From Eledone cirrhosa (Eukaryota): 64,000 nucleotides of DNA. Each line of letters begins with the position of its first letter. Position 1 is the stretch's first letter. Under the pieces are notes generated by a model. It was not told where the DNA came from and searched no databases. It saw only the letters and a program-made list of their open reading frames with translations. The stretch covers positions 26,722,001-26,786,000 of the forward strand of contig OZ024753.1 of NCBI GenBank assembly GCA_964016885.1, read 5' to 3'. Shown here piece by piece: positions 1 to 12,127 of this stretch. The translations under genes were made by a program, and so were the position numbers.

Positions 1-1865
1 TGTTAGTGTTTGGGTTAGGGTTAGGGTTTGGGTTTGCGTTAGGGTTCGAGTTAGGGTTTGGGTTTGGGTTTGAGTTTGGTTTAGCTTTAGGGTTAGGGCT
101 AGCGTTAGGGTTATGGTTAGCGTTAGGGTTAGGGTTAGTGTTTGGGTTGGGGTTGCGGTGGGGTTGAGGTGCGGGTTAAGGTTGGGGTAAGTGTTGAGGT
201 TAGGGTTAGGGTTAGGGTTAAAGATAGTGTTAGAGTTAGGGTTGGGGTTACGGTTAGCGTTGGGTTTAGGGTTGGGGTTAGAGTTAGGGTTATGTTTAGG
301 GTTAGGGTTAGGGTTAGGGTTGGTTTACGGTTAGGGTTATGGTTGGTGTTGGGTTTGGTGTTGGTGTTAGCGTTGGTGTTAGGGTTAGGGTTAGAGTTAG
401 GGTTAGGGTTAGGGTTGGGTTAGTGTTGGGGTTGGCTTTAGGTTAGGGTTAGGGTAAGGGTTAGGGTTAGGGTTATGGTTGGGGCTAGGATTGGTGTTGG
501 GGTTGAGGTTGGGGTTAGTGTTAGTGTTAGACTTAGAGTTAGGGTTAGGGTTAGTGTTGGGGTTGGGGTTGGCATTGGGGTTGGGGTTGGTGTTGGGGTG
601 GGGTGGGTGTTTGTGTGGGGGGTTAGGGGTGGAGTTAGGCTACGGTTAGGGTTCAGGTCAGGTTTAGTGTTGGGGTTTGGGTTTGGGTTAGGGTTAGGTT
701 TTGTGTTTGGGTTAGGGTTAGCGATAAGGTTAGGGTTAGGGTTAGGGTTGGTGTTGGGTTTGGTGTTGGTGTTAGCGTTGGTGTTAGGTTTGGGGTTAGA
801 GTTAGGGTTAGGGTTAGGGTTGGGTTAATGTTGGGGTTGGCTTTAGGTTAGGGTTAGGGTAAGGGTTAGGGTTAGGGTTATGGTTGGGGCTAGGATTGGT
901 GTTGGGGTTGAGGTTGGGGTTAGTGTTAGTGTTAGACTTAGCGTTAGGGTTAGGGTTAGTGTTAGGGTTGGGGTTGTCGTTGAGGTTGGGGTTGGGGTGG
1001 GTGGGGTGGGTGGGGGTGGGGGTTAGGGGTGGAGTTAGGCTACGGTTAGGCTTCAGGTCAGGTTTAGTGTTGGGGTTTGGGTTAGGGTTAGGTTTTGTGT
1101 TTGGGTTAGGGTTAGCGATAAGGTTAGGGTTAGGGTTTGTGTTAGGGTTTGGGTTTGGGTTTGGGTTAGGGTTAGTTTTATGTTTAGGGTTATTATTTAT
1201 GTTAGGGCTCGGGTTAGGATTAGGGTTAGGGTTAGGGTTTGGGTTAGGACTTGGGTTAGGGTTTTTGTTAGGGTTACTGCTAGGGTTAGGGTTTGGATTT
1301 GGGTTACGGTTAGTGTTTGGTTTAGTGTTAGGGTTAGAGTTAGGCTTAGTGTTAGTGTTAGGGTTACGTTTCCGGTTGGGGTTGCGGTTGGGGTTGCGGT
1401 TGGGGTTAGCGTTGGGGGATAGAGTTTGGGTTAGGTTTAGTGTTAGGGTTAGGGTTTGGGTTAGGGTTAATGTTAGGGTTGGGGTTAGGGTTAGGGTTTG
1501 GGTTCGGGCTACGGTTGGGGTTGGGGTTGGGTATTAGCGTTGGTGATAGGGTTGGGGTTAGGGTTGGGGTTAGTGTTTGGGTTAGGGTTAGGGTTAGCGT
1601 TAGGATTAGTGTTAGGGTTAGGGTTAGGGTTTGGGTTAGGGTTAGGGTTAGTGTTAGGATTAGTGTTAGGGTTAGGGTTAGGATTACGTTTGCGGTTGTG
1701 GTTGGGGTTAGCGTTGGGGATAGGGTTGGGGTTAGAGTTAGGGTTAGGGCTAGGGTTAGGGTTAGGGTTAGTTTTAGGGTTAGGGCTAATGCTTGGTGTT
1801 GGGGTTTAAGTCTAAGCCTAAGGATTGGGTTTGGGGTTTCATTCTATGTCTTAGGCTTGGGCGTT
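1..1865 (+). repeat. Degenerate telomeric (TTAGGG)n array
   Basis: Hundreds of TTAGGG units mixed with TTGGGG, TTTGGG, TTAGTG and TTAGCG variants; G-rich strand on +; internal ~405-bp block duplication (about 340-740 vs 745-1135). Confidence 0.95.
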
Positions 1866-1904
1866 GGGGTTTAAGTCTAAGTCTAATGCTTGTGGAACTC
1901 TAAT

Positions 1905-2226
1905 CCGGGCGGAAGGCAGCAGGAGGCATGAGGCCTCGTGTCGCGTATACACGCCGCCTTGCCGCCTGCCTTTCCCGGCAGCGACTCGCAAGCGTACGTG
2001 TTGGCGGCGGAACCGCCCAGACGGTGGGCTAGATTCCTTCCCGCCGTCTACACGGGGCCTCCCCGAAGGAAGCTAGATCGCGGCGTGTCATCGTCGAAGC
2101 TACACCACGCCGCCGTTCGGGCGTCATCGGCGGAACACTTATCGGCAGCGGACGACGCGGCGGAGGCAGAGGGAGGGTGTTAACGTGCAAGCGGGGTGGA
2201 CGAGAACTGGTCGGCAGCTCGTTCGA
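1905..2226. repeat. Partial copy of CpG-rich telomere-associated repeat unit
   Basis: Shares GACTCGCAAGCGTACG, TACACGGGGCCTCCCCGAAGGA and CTCGTTCGAG with the units at 2767-4290. Confidence 0.85.
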
Positions 2227-2766
2227 GGGTTGGGTTCGGGGTTGGGGTTGGTAGTGGGGTTAGGTTTTGGGTTTGGGTTAGGATCAGGGTTAATGTTAAG
2301 GTTTGGGTTACGATTAGAGTTTGGGATAGGGTTAGGTCTAGTGTTAGTTTTAGTGTTAGGGTTAGGGTCAGGTTTAGGGATACGGTTTGGGTTTGGGTTA
2401 GGGTTAGGATTAGGTTTAGGGTTTGGGTTTGGGTTAGGGTTAGGATTACGGTTAGGGTTACGGTTAGGTTTAGGGTTAGGGTATGTGTTTGGGTTAGGGT
2501 TAGGGTTTGGGTTAGGGTTCGAGTTAGGGTTTGGGTTTGGGTTTGGTTTAGGGTTAGGGTTAGGATTTGGGTTAGGGTTTGGGTTACGGTTAGTGTTTGG
2601 GTTAGTGTTAGGGTTAGCGTTAGCGTTAGGGTTAGTGTTAGGGTTAGCATTAGCGTTAGGGTTAGTGTTTGGGTTGGATTTGGGGTGGGGTTGGGGTTAG
2701 AGTTAGGGTTAGGGTTAGGGATAGTGTTAGAGTTAGGGTTGGGGTTAGGGTTAGCGTTGGGGTTAG
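2227..2766 (+). repeat. Second degenerate (TTAGGG)n tract
   Basis: About 540 bp of TTAGGG and variants between two CpG-rich units. Confidence 0.95.
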
Positions 2767-4290
2767 ACACACCGTATACACACCGCCTTGCAGCCTGCCT
2801 TTCCCGGCAACGACTCGCAAGCGTACGTGTTGGCGGCGGAACCGTCCAGCCGGCGGGCTGGATTCCTTCTCGCCGTCTACACGGGGCCTCCCCGAAGGAA
2901 GCTAGATGGCGGCGTGTCGTCGACGTAGCTACACCATGCCTCCGTTCGTCGTCGGCTGGATTCCCCGGCAGCGACGTGCAAGCACATGTGTCAGCAGCGG
3001 CGGACTCGGCACGCATCATCGGCGGAACGCGTATCGGCGGCGGAGGCAGAGGGCGGGCGTTAATGTGCAAGCGGGGTGGACGAGAACCTGTCGGCACCTC
3101 GTTCGAGACGGAAACAGCTGACAGCGCAGAGGGTAAGGCTGCACGTACCCGTCTTTAAAACGAAAGATTCGCAAGCTTCAACGGATCGCACCCGTAACCG
3201 TTTTCTTCGAGCTTCTCGGATCAAGCTTACCCTATATAATACACAGAACCCCCTGGCCGCGCTGCAAAGGGCGTGAGCGGTCGGTTTCCCCGGCGCCTAC
3301 TCGCAACCTTACGGGTCAGCGTGGGAACCGCCTCGCCGGCAGGTTGCGTTCTTTCTCGCGATCGAAGGTGGGAGGCGTGGACGAACGAGGGAACGTTTAC
3401 CGGGCGGAAGACAGAAGGCGGAAGGCGTCGTCGTGTCGCGCATACACGCCGCCTCGACGCCTGCCTTTTCCGACAGCGACTCGCAAGCGTACGGGTCGCG
3501 GCGGAAACGCCTAGTCGGCGGGTTCGATTCCTTCCCGCTGTCTACACGGGGCCTCCCCGAAGGAGGCTAGATGGAGCTACACCACGCCGCCGTTCAAGCG
3601 TCGTCGTCGGCTGGATTCTCCGGCAGCCACAAGGCACGGCGGCGGCGGACTGCGCACGCATCATTGGCGGGACACGCTTCGGCGACGGAAGGCGGGGCGG
3701 AGGCGGAGGGCGGGCGATAACGTGCAGGTGGGGCGGACGAGTTGTGGTCGGCAGCTCGTTCGAGACGGGGACAGCCGACATCGCATAGAGTAAGCCTGCA
3801 CGTACCCGTCTTGAAAACGGAATATTCACAAGCAACAACGGATAGCACCCGTAACCGTTTTCTTCGAGCTCGTCCGATCAAGCTTACCCTATATAATAGA
3901 CAAACCCCCTTGGCCGAGTAGATATTGCCGTGAGCGGTCGGTTTCCCCGGCGCCTACTCGCAACCTTTCGGGTCGGAGGCGGAACCGCCTCGCCGGCGGG
4001 TTGCGTTCTTTATCGCGATCGAAGCGAGGAGGCGTGGACGAACAATGGAACGTTTACCGGGCGGAAGGCGTCGTGTCGCGTATACAGGCCGCCTTGTCGC
4101 CTGCATTTCCCGGCAGCGACTCGCAAGTGTAAGGGTCGGCGGGTTGGATTCCTTCCCGCTGTCTACAAGAACCTACACCACGCCGCCGTTCGGGCGTCAT
4201 CGTCGGCTGTATTCCCCGGAAGCCACACGGGTCGGCGGCGCCGGACTCGGCACGCATCATCAGCGGAACACGATTCGACAGCCGGCAGAG
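2767..4290. repeat. CpG-rich tandem repeat, ~657-bp period, with TATA-like motif
   Basis: GTGAGCGGTCGGTTTCCCCGGCGCCTACTCGCAACC at 3273 and 3930; AAGCTTACCCTATATAAT at ~3223 and ~3880; copies are diverged. Confidence 0.85.
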
Positions 4291-4351
4291 CGACTGAACT
4301 TGTGAAACTTCGAAAACAGACAGACGCAATCACACACGCGCATGCCACTCA

Positions 4352-4942
4352 ACTTTGAAGACGGACGTCGAATCGGCGGCGTGTAACACACACAGACGCC
4401 TCATCACGTAAAACTAACTTGGAAGACGGACGACGGATCGGCGGCGTGTAACACACACAGACACACACACACGCCTCAACACGTAAAACTAACTTGGAAG
4501 ACGGACGACGGATCGGCGGCGTGTAACACACACAGACACACACACACGCCTCAACACGTAAAACTAACTTGGAAGACGGACGGCGGAGTGTAACACACAC
4601 AGACACGCCTCAACACGTAAAACTAACTTGGAAGACGGACGACGGAGTGTAACACACACTCCTCAACAGTAAAACTAACTTGGAAGACGGACGAGTGATC
4701 GGCGGCGTGAACACACACAGACACACACACACACACCTCAGCACGTAAAACTAACTTGGAAGACGGACGGCGGATCGGCGGCGTGTAACACACACACACA
4801 CGCCTCAACACGTAAAACTAACTTGGAAGACGGACGACGGATCGGCGGCGTGTAACACACACAGATACACACACACGCCTCAACACGTAAAACTAACTTG
4901 GAAGACGGACGACGGTCCTCGGCGTGTAACACACACAGACAC
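4352..4942. repeat. Minisatellite, ~9 units of about 52-76 bp
   Basis: Constant core CACGTAAAACTAACTTGGAAGACGGAC followed by GGATCGGCGGCGTGTAA and a variable (CA)n tract. Confidence 0.93.
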
Positions 4943-5203
4943 AACAAAGCCGATCTGGTTGACCATCAACAGCTTATGCGGGTATATGGTGCTCTTATGT
5001 GGTCTTTAGGCAAAGTTCTAAATACTCCTGAGGTAGCACGAGTTTACATTGGCTCATTTGGGACCAACCTCTTCAGTTTGATATGAATCGAAAACTTTTT
5101 GAATTAGAAGAAAAGGATTTGTTCTGGGATCTAGAAAGTCTTCCTCGCAATGCAGCACTGAGGAAGTTGAATGACTTGATTAAAAGAGCTAAAAGAGCTA
5201 AAG
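4943..5203 (+). pseudogene. EHD1: EH-domain-containing protein (EHD/Past1/RME-1) exon fragment, end of G-domain
   Basis: [39 protein letters not shown], 1-nt frameshift, then [47 protein letters not shown]; 5'-truncated at the minisatellite; no GT donor after the last codon. Confidence 0.92.
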
Positions 5204-5551
5204 ATTCTTTTAGATAAATATATACACTTTAAAATCTATATATAAATTTGAGCGACTTCCACCCGTTTGTCCACTGTGTGTGTATAAAAGGAAGGAAGTG
5301 GATGGTGAAAAACCTATAGCAAAACAGCGGCTGGCATTCCATTTTCTATGCTGTGTGTGTGTCTGTTTGCGCGTTTATATTTATATATTCATACGTATAA
5401 ATGTAAGCATATGCACGCACACACACATGCGTCAGCGTGTTGAAAAAAAAATTTATAGTAAAATAAAAAGCAGGGGCGGTTTCAGACAGTTTGGAATCAA
5501 AATGGTTTATATAAAGAATTACATTTTGGAACCTTGCTACTGTAACTCAGA

Positions 5552-5908
5552 TATGTTAGCATTGAAGAATATGTCACATGTTTGAAAATGTGATACATTT
5601 GTTATATGTGTCAATTTCTCAACTTTCTGCTATATAACACAGTCAAAGTAAGTGTTATATATATATATATATATAATTAGTTACAACAGTGACATAAACA
5701 GGTACTTAAGTTTCGTTGGGTTATACACCCCAACTCATTCAGTCTGTTAAATATAGAGACACACAGAGGTAGACCCATACATAAACTGCCACTAGCTGTG
5801 TCTCAACACTTACTTTGACTGTGTTATATAGCAGAAAGTTGAGAAATTGACACATATAACAAATGTATCACATTTTCAAACATGTGACATATTCTTCAAT
5901 GCTAACAT
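5552..5908. mobile_element. PLE terminal remnant: ~104-bp inverted repeat around a hammerhead-containing spacer
   Basis: 5552-5656 is the reverse complement of 5806-5908; (TA)n adjacent; hammerhead motif in the spacer. Confidence 0.7.
5685..5748 (-). ncRNA. Type I hammerhead ribozyme motif (CUGAAUGA core variant)
   Basis: Minus strand: AACAG a CUGAAUGA GUUGGG..CCCAAC GAAAC..GUC a CUGUU; stems I and II pair. Confidence 0.7.
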
Positions 5909-6076
5909 AGAGTATATATATATATATATAGTATTTTCCGTAGTGTTGTAATATGAATATTACACACAGTAGATGGACAGCTCACGTAGGGTTTGCTCGA
6001 CGGTTCCAGTTGTAGTTTCAAAAATAATCCGGAGAAAATAGAAGGATTTAAATGGATACAGTTCAGTAAAAGGAAT

Positions 6077-6197
6077 TTATTGACACGTGTTTCAATAGCA
6101 GTTATATAACCTGAAAACAGCTGCTATCTACAAAGTATTAATTTTGCAGACACTCAATATTTCAATGTTATTTTCAACTATCATTTCATCAGAATAA
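6077..6197 (-). ncRNA. Type I hammerhead with extended stem II (inverted PLE1 copy)
   Basis: Reverse complement of 10866-10986 with a few substitutions. Confidence 0.75.
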
Positions 6198-6622
6198 TCT
6201 CATTGAGAACTTGTTTGGTTTTTATAGAGAATATTAAGAGGGAGGAGTGAAGTTGTTAGAAGAATAGTTAAGGGAGTGGATAGAAATGTTTGATAACAGT
6301 GGGTAATTAGATTCCCATCTGTTGTTTTGACATTTTTATAGAATACATTATTTGGCGTTGGTTATTTTTCTAAATCTATAGAAGGATTAGAGATAGTAAA
6401 GATATGCATGGTTGGTTTTGTGTTTGCACTTAATTAACATACAGACTTGAATTTTTTCTTTTAAGTGTATGTATCCGTTCGCCCACAGATAGATATATGT
6501 GTATATATACTTATTTTTAAAAAAAACATACACATTCACACACATACATATATGCACACCTCTACAAATACATACACTCACATACACATACTTACATGCT
6601 CATACTTACATACATATATACC

Positions 6623-6669
<47 letters not shown>

Positions 6670-6763
6670 GTGCATACATACGCATTCATGTATATACACT
6701 TTCATACTCTACTTATCTTCATATACATACATACATACACATATATACATACATACTCCTGTC

Positions 6764-6795
<32 letters not shown>

Positions 6796-7684
6796 CATAA
6801 ATATAAATAAATACACATATACATGAATACACATACATTTAATTATACACATCAAACATATATATATATATATACACTCACCCACTTATTTACTTATTTA
6901 TATATATTTTCACATATATACATACATATGGTCGCTTTTAGACACATTCATTATAGCATATTCGCACCTATTCTCACCAGCATATTTATCCATTATTAGT
7001 GTGATAATTTAAGGTTATTAATAGTACATATATATGTTGAGAAGTGATTGTTTTTATATTTTTCTAACTAGATTGAGGATTTGTATAGTTGGGAGGATGT
7101 CCCTCGTTTATGTAATATTCAGTTTGTAGTGGGAAAAAAGGGTTCGGTGACGGCAGAATAATGTTCGTTCAATTCTGTTATTAAGCAATTTCTTCTTGTG
7201 TGTGATTATGTAATAAATCTCAAGATTACATAATTTGCAGAAATTTTGGCTCCTGGAAAAGCTTTGGGTTTTAGCTAATTTCTCCCATTTTAGGGTAAAC
7301 TTTTGATCGTTATCCCTGAGCATCCAAGCTTTTTCTGCTAAAGTTGTTACATTTCTTTGGCTCTGGTGTTTTATTGAGTAAGAATGCCTATATAATAGAG
7401 ATTTAAACGATGTTGCCGTAATACCACTCGTTGCCTCCGGATTCAATGGTACACTTATAGATGATATTTTTTTCAAGGCAGTTATTGCCGAGGGGTGAAC
7501 TGTATCCATTTAAATCCTTCTATTTTCTCCGGATTACTTTTGAAACTACAACTGGAACCGTCGAGCAAACCCTACGTGAGCTGTCCATCTACTGTGTGTA
7601 ATATTCATATTACAACACTACGGAAAATACTATATTTACCTCCTGTAAAGTTGAGCAACCCACTCAGCAAACGTAACCACAACA

Positions 7685-9976
7685 ATGGAAAAGCACTACC
7701 TGGATATGTCACTCAAAAACATACCAACCCAAGGTAAAAAGGAATACTTATTGAGTATGATACAAAAAACAAATGAATTCATTCGACGTGACAGGTGGAA
7801 AACGCTCCACTATGATAGAAGCCGTATGAACTCACCATCAGAAAGTGGTGTAAACAACAAATTTGGTTTTAGAACGTGTAAAAGCCCACCCACTAACCCA
7901 CTATTAGATGCATTTGAACAGGACCTTATGGACTTAATCCTTAAAATTAAATTCAAAGGACGTAACACCAACAACAAACTGCAGAAAGATATTAAAAAAC
8001 TACTGGACGACCTTAAAAACACCAAAAGAATTGTAGTAAAAGCGGACAAAACATCTAACCTGTATACTATGGACTGCACTACATATAACAACTTCATTCG
8101 AAAAGAATTACATAAAAATATAGAAAAACGAGTGAAGTTACCCTTAAGCACATCAATGATGAGGCATGCGAAATAGTGAAAAATCTCGGAATCGAAGATA
8201 GGACAGGACCACTCTTACCGGCGGTACCCACCTTCAATCTTAAGGACCATAAGGTAAACTTTGATAATGACCCTAAAATTAGACTAATCTGCCCCTCTAA
8301 ATCAGATATAGGTAAAATAAGCAAATACATCTTAGATAGAATCATCCCCAAAATTAAGGCTAAGGTTAACATTAAACTCTGGGGGAAGACCCAAGAAGCA
8401 ATTAGATGGTTTAATAGCATTAGCAATAAGAATAAATCTAAGTTTATCCAGTTTGATATCGATGAATATTACTCATCGATATCACCTGAAACTCTGAATA
8501 GAGCCATTGAGTTTGCTAAGGATAACTCTGACCTTACAAACGAAGAAATTAAGATTATATTAGAAGCTAGGAAAACTATAGTCAAATTTGAGAACAGTTA
8601 TTGGGTTCGTAAAGATAGACCCTCCAACTTTGACATAACAATGGGCTCTAACGATTCGGCGGAAATAACTGATATTGTGGGGTTATTTGTCGCCTTTAGA
8701 CTCCAGGAAAAATTCAGTAATCTCCACGGTGGAATATACCGTGATGATGCTCTCCTCCTAGTTAAAAACCTAAATAACCAAAAACTAGAAAAACTACGCA
8801 AAGATATAAGAAAACTACTACTTGAAATAGGACTAACTATAACATATGAGCACAACCTTAAAGTAGTTAACTTCCTGGATGTCACACTCAATTTAAACTC
8901 TGGTCTGATTAAACCGTTTCATAAATTGAATGAAAATCTTAAGTACGTAATTAAATCTATCCCTAAAAATATTTCCCTTAGAATCTCGGGTCTATCTTCT
9001 AACATACAAGTATTTCAGGAACACGCCGAGTACTACGATAACGCTCTTAGTAAAGCAGGCTACCTCAACAAAATAGAATATATAGATGAAAACAATCAAA
9101 ACACCCAAAATAAATCCCACATAGGTAGAAATAATAACACAACACCAAACCACACTTACTACCATAGTGTACACACCAGTAAACCAACAAACAAAACTAA
9201 TAGAAAGCGATGCAAAGAGTACATATGGTATAATCCTGAATACAATAGTTCCATTAGTACAAATTTACCAGTACTCTTCTTTAAAATAGTTAGGAAACAT
9301 TTTCCTACATCACACAAATACCACAAAATCCTAAACCCTACCACTATAAGACTGTCATACTCTACAGCGTTAAACCTTGAACAACACATAAACAAGATCA
9401 ATACTAGAAGGTTAAACGAAAACACTAAAAACTTAAGTGCAAAGAACACAAAAAAAACAGTAGACAATACACTACAGAACATAAATAAACCACACCTAAG
9501 TTCGTCCGCAATACTACTCCAGAGTAAACCTAACTACAAAACCAACGTACACAACTGTAACTGTACCTATCCTGACAATTGCCCCCTCGGCAATAACTGC
9601 CTTGAAAAAAATATCATCTATAAGTGTACCATTGAATCCGGAGGCAACGAGTGGTATTAGGTGGGATCAACGGCAACATCGTTTAAATCTCGATTATATA
9701 GGCATTCTTACTCAATAAAACACCAGAGCCAAAGAAATGTAACAACTTTAGCAGAAAAAGCTTGGACGCTCAGGGATAACGATCAAAAGTTTACCCTAAA
9801 ATGGGAGAAATTAGCTAAAACCCAGGAGCCAAAATTTCTGCAAATTATGTAATCTTGAGATTTATTACATAATCACACACAAGAAGAAATTGCTTAATAA
9901 CAGAATTGAACGAACATTATTCTGCCGTCACCGAACTAAAACCCTTTTTTCCCACTACAAACTGAATATTACATAA
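7685..9976 (+). pseudogene. PLE1 RT + GIY-YIG ORF, disrupted
   Basis: KNIP..RRDRWK N-terminus, QFDIDEYY, MGS, YRDD RT motifs, CNCx5CPL linker, IIY..YVG endonuclease, CKLC..CRH tail; frameshift ~8115, TAG at 9658-9660, 11-nt deletion ~9823. Confidence 0.92.
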
Positions 9977-10403
9977 ACGAGGGACATCCTCCCAACTATA
10001 CAAATCCTCAATCTAGTTAGAAAAATATAAAAACAATCACTTCTCAACATATATATGTACTATTAATAACCTTAAATTATCACACTAATAATGGATAAAT
10101 ATGCTGGTGAGAATAGGTGCGAATATGCTATAATGAATGTGTCTAAAAGCGACCATATGTATGTATATATGTGAAAATGTATATAAATAAGTAAATAAGT
10201 GGGTGAGTGTATATATATATATATATGTTTGATGTGTATAATTAAATGTATGTGTATTCATGTATATGTGTATTTATTTATATTTATGTATATATATATA
10301 TACACATAGACAGGAGTATGTATGTATATATGTGTATGTATGTATATGAAGATAAGTAGAGTATGAAAGTGTATATACATGAATGCGTATGTATGTAAAT
10401 ATA

Positions 10404-10441
<38 letters not shown>

Positions 10442-10865
10442 GGTATATATGTATGTAAGTATGAGCATGTAAGTATGTGTATGTGAGTGTATGTATTTGT
10501 AGTGGTGTGCATATATGTATGTGTGTGAAAGTGTATGTTTTTTTAAAAATAAGTATATATACACATATATCTATGTGTGGGCGAACGGATACATACACTT
10601 AAAAGAAAAAATTCAAGTCTGTATGTTAATTAAGTGCAAACACAAAACCAACCATGCATATCTTTACTATCTCTAATCCTTCTATAGATTTAGAAAAATA
10701 ACCAACGCCAAATAATGTATTCTATAAAAATGTCAAAACAACAGATGGGAATCTAATTACCTACTGCTATCAAAAATTTCTATCCACTCCCTTAACTATT
10801 CTTCTAACAACTTCACTCCTCCCTCTTAATATTCTCTATAAAAACCAAACAAGTTCTCAATGAGA

Positions 10866-10986
10866 TTATTCTGATGAAATGATAGTTAAAAATAACATTG
10901 AAATATTGAGTGTCTGCAAAATTAATACTTTGTAGATAGCCGCTGTTTTCAGGTTATATAACTGTTATTGAAACACGTGTCAATAA
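10866..10986 (+). ncRNA. Type I hammerhead with ~92-nt stem II domain
   Basis: UUAUU CUGAUGA AAUGAUAGUU...AACUGUUAUU GAAAC ACGU GUC AAUAA; palindromic ACACGUGU in stem III. Confidence 0.8.
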
Positions 10987-11019
10987 ATTCCTTTTACTGA
11001 ACTGTATCCATTTAAATCC

Positions 11020-11075
<56 letters not shown>

Positions 11076-11229
11076 CTGTGTGTGTCTGTGTGTGTGGTTT
11101 GTATATAAATCAAAGAATTAATACTTTGGTTTATGTACAAACTATGAATATATAACAGCTCTGCATGATCCTCATTGCATTGAGCTAAAACACGCCCTGT
11201 AAATGAGTATATTTACACCCATTAATAAT

Positions 11230-11710
11230 AATTGTTTCTACTTTTGGCACAAGGCAAGCAATTACCCAGTGCATTACTAGTACTTTATTATATCGACCCC
11301 GTAAGGATGAAAGGCAAAGTTAACCTCGGCAGGATTTGAACTCAGAATGGCAAGGGCCGTAACTCTATGCGTCAAAGCCTGGTGTCGGACCCTCTACCGA
11401 TACTGCCAATTCACCGCAATAATAATAATTGTTTCTACTTTAGGCACAAGGCCAGCAAACACCCAGTGCCCAACTTCGGCGGGATTTGAACTCAGATCGT
11501 AAACGGACATAACTATGCTGGAAAGCATGGCGTCCGACCCTCTACCGATACTGCCAATCCATAGGCACAAGGCCGACAATTTTTTTTGGGGGGGAGGGGA
11601 AAGTCGATTAAATCAACCCTAGTGCGTGACTGGTACTTTATTTTATCGACCCCGTAAGGAAGAAAGGCAAAGTTATCCTCGGCGGGATTTGAACTCAGAT
11701 CATAAAGGGA
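11230..11710 (-). mobile_element. Cluster of three tRNA-derived SINE copies
   Basis: Reverse complements of B box GTTCAAATCC, central CTTTGCCTTTCATCCTTACGGGGTCGAT and tail GGCCTTGTGCCTAAAGTAGAAACAATTATT. Confidence 0.88.
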
Positions 11711-11884
11711 ATAATAATATTATATATATATATATTATTGACCAAGGGTTCTGATATTAATATCAAGTTTCTATTATCTTCACCAGGGTATATATTGATA
11801 AACTCCAATACAATCTATAATGCACACACACACACACCTGTCTAACCCATGCTACCGTTAAACGATGATGATGATATATATAAA

Positions 11885-12127
11885 CTACATTTAAGCTTCT
11901 ATCATTTCGAAATGGTAAAAGTTTAACCAGAGGGTAGAAAATCTGTATAATATCTTCTTCACTTAACTTTTCTTAAGAAGTAACATCTCATAAATATGAA
12001 ATGTTACTTAAGACCATTATTCAACTTAGAACTATATATCTAAGAAAAGAAAATATGTAGATTATACGGATTTTCTACCCTCAGGTTTAGCTGTTACCAT
12101 TTCAAAATGATAAAAGCTTAACTGTAG
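11885..12127. mobile_element. MITE-like element with ~70-bp imperfect TIRs
   Basis: CTACATTTAAGCTTCTATCATTTCGAAATGGTAA...GGGTAGAAAATCTGTATAAT vs ATTATACGGATTTTCTACCC...TTACCATTTCAAAATGATAAAAGCTTAACTGTAG. Confidence 0.7.

Larger units (their letters stand above)
5931..11024 (+). mobile_element. Penelope-like element 1 (C-terminal GIY-YIG; tentatively Hydra-type) with inverted upstream copy
   Basis: 5931-7494 is the reverse complement of the 3' part (from ~9582 through the pLTR); direct repeat GAACTGTATCCATTTAAATCCTTCTA at ~7497 and ~10999; both ends in (TA)n. Confidence 0.92.

Noticed and set aside
142-3158. Long GL- and VR-repeat ORFs
   Set aside because: Direct translations of TTAGGG repeats; no evidence of expression.
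3273-4358. Paralogous Arg-rich ORFs in the CpG-rich unit
   Set aside because: Frames are not conserved between copies; expected in GC-rich repeats.
4352-4942. CRISPR-like constant repeat with variable spacers
   Set aside because: The spacers are variants of one another, the context is eukaryotic and there are no cas genes; it is a minisatellite.
9658-9660. Recoded stop (selenocysteine or read-through) in the PLE1 ORF
   Set aside because: The codon is TAG, not TGA, and the inverted copy has TAC here; an ordinary nonsense mutation.
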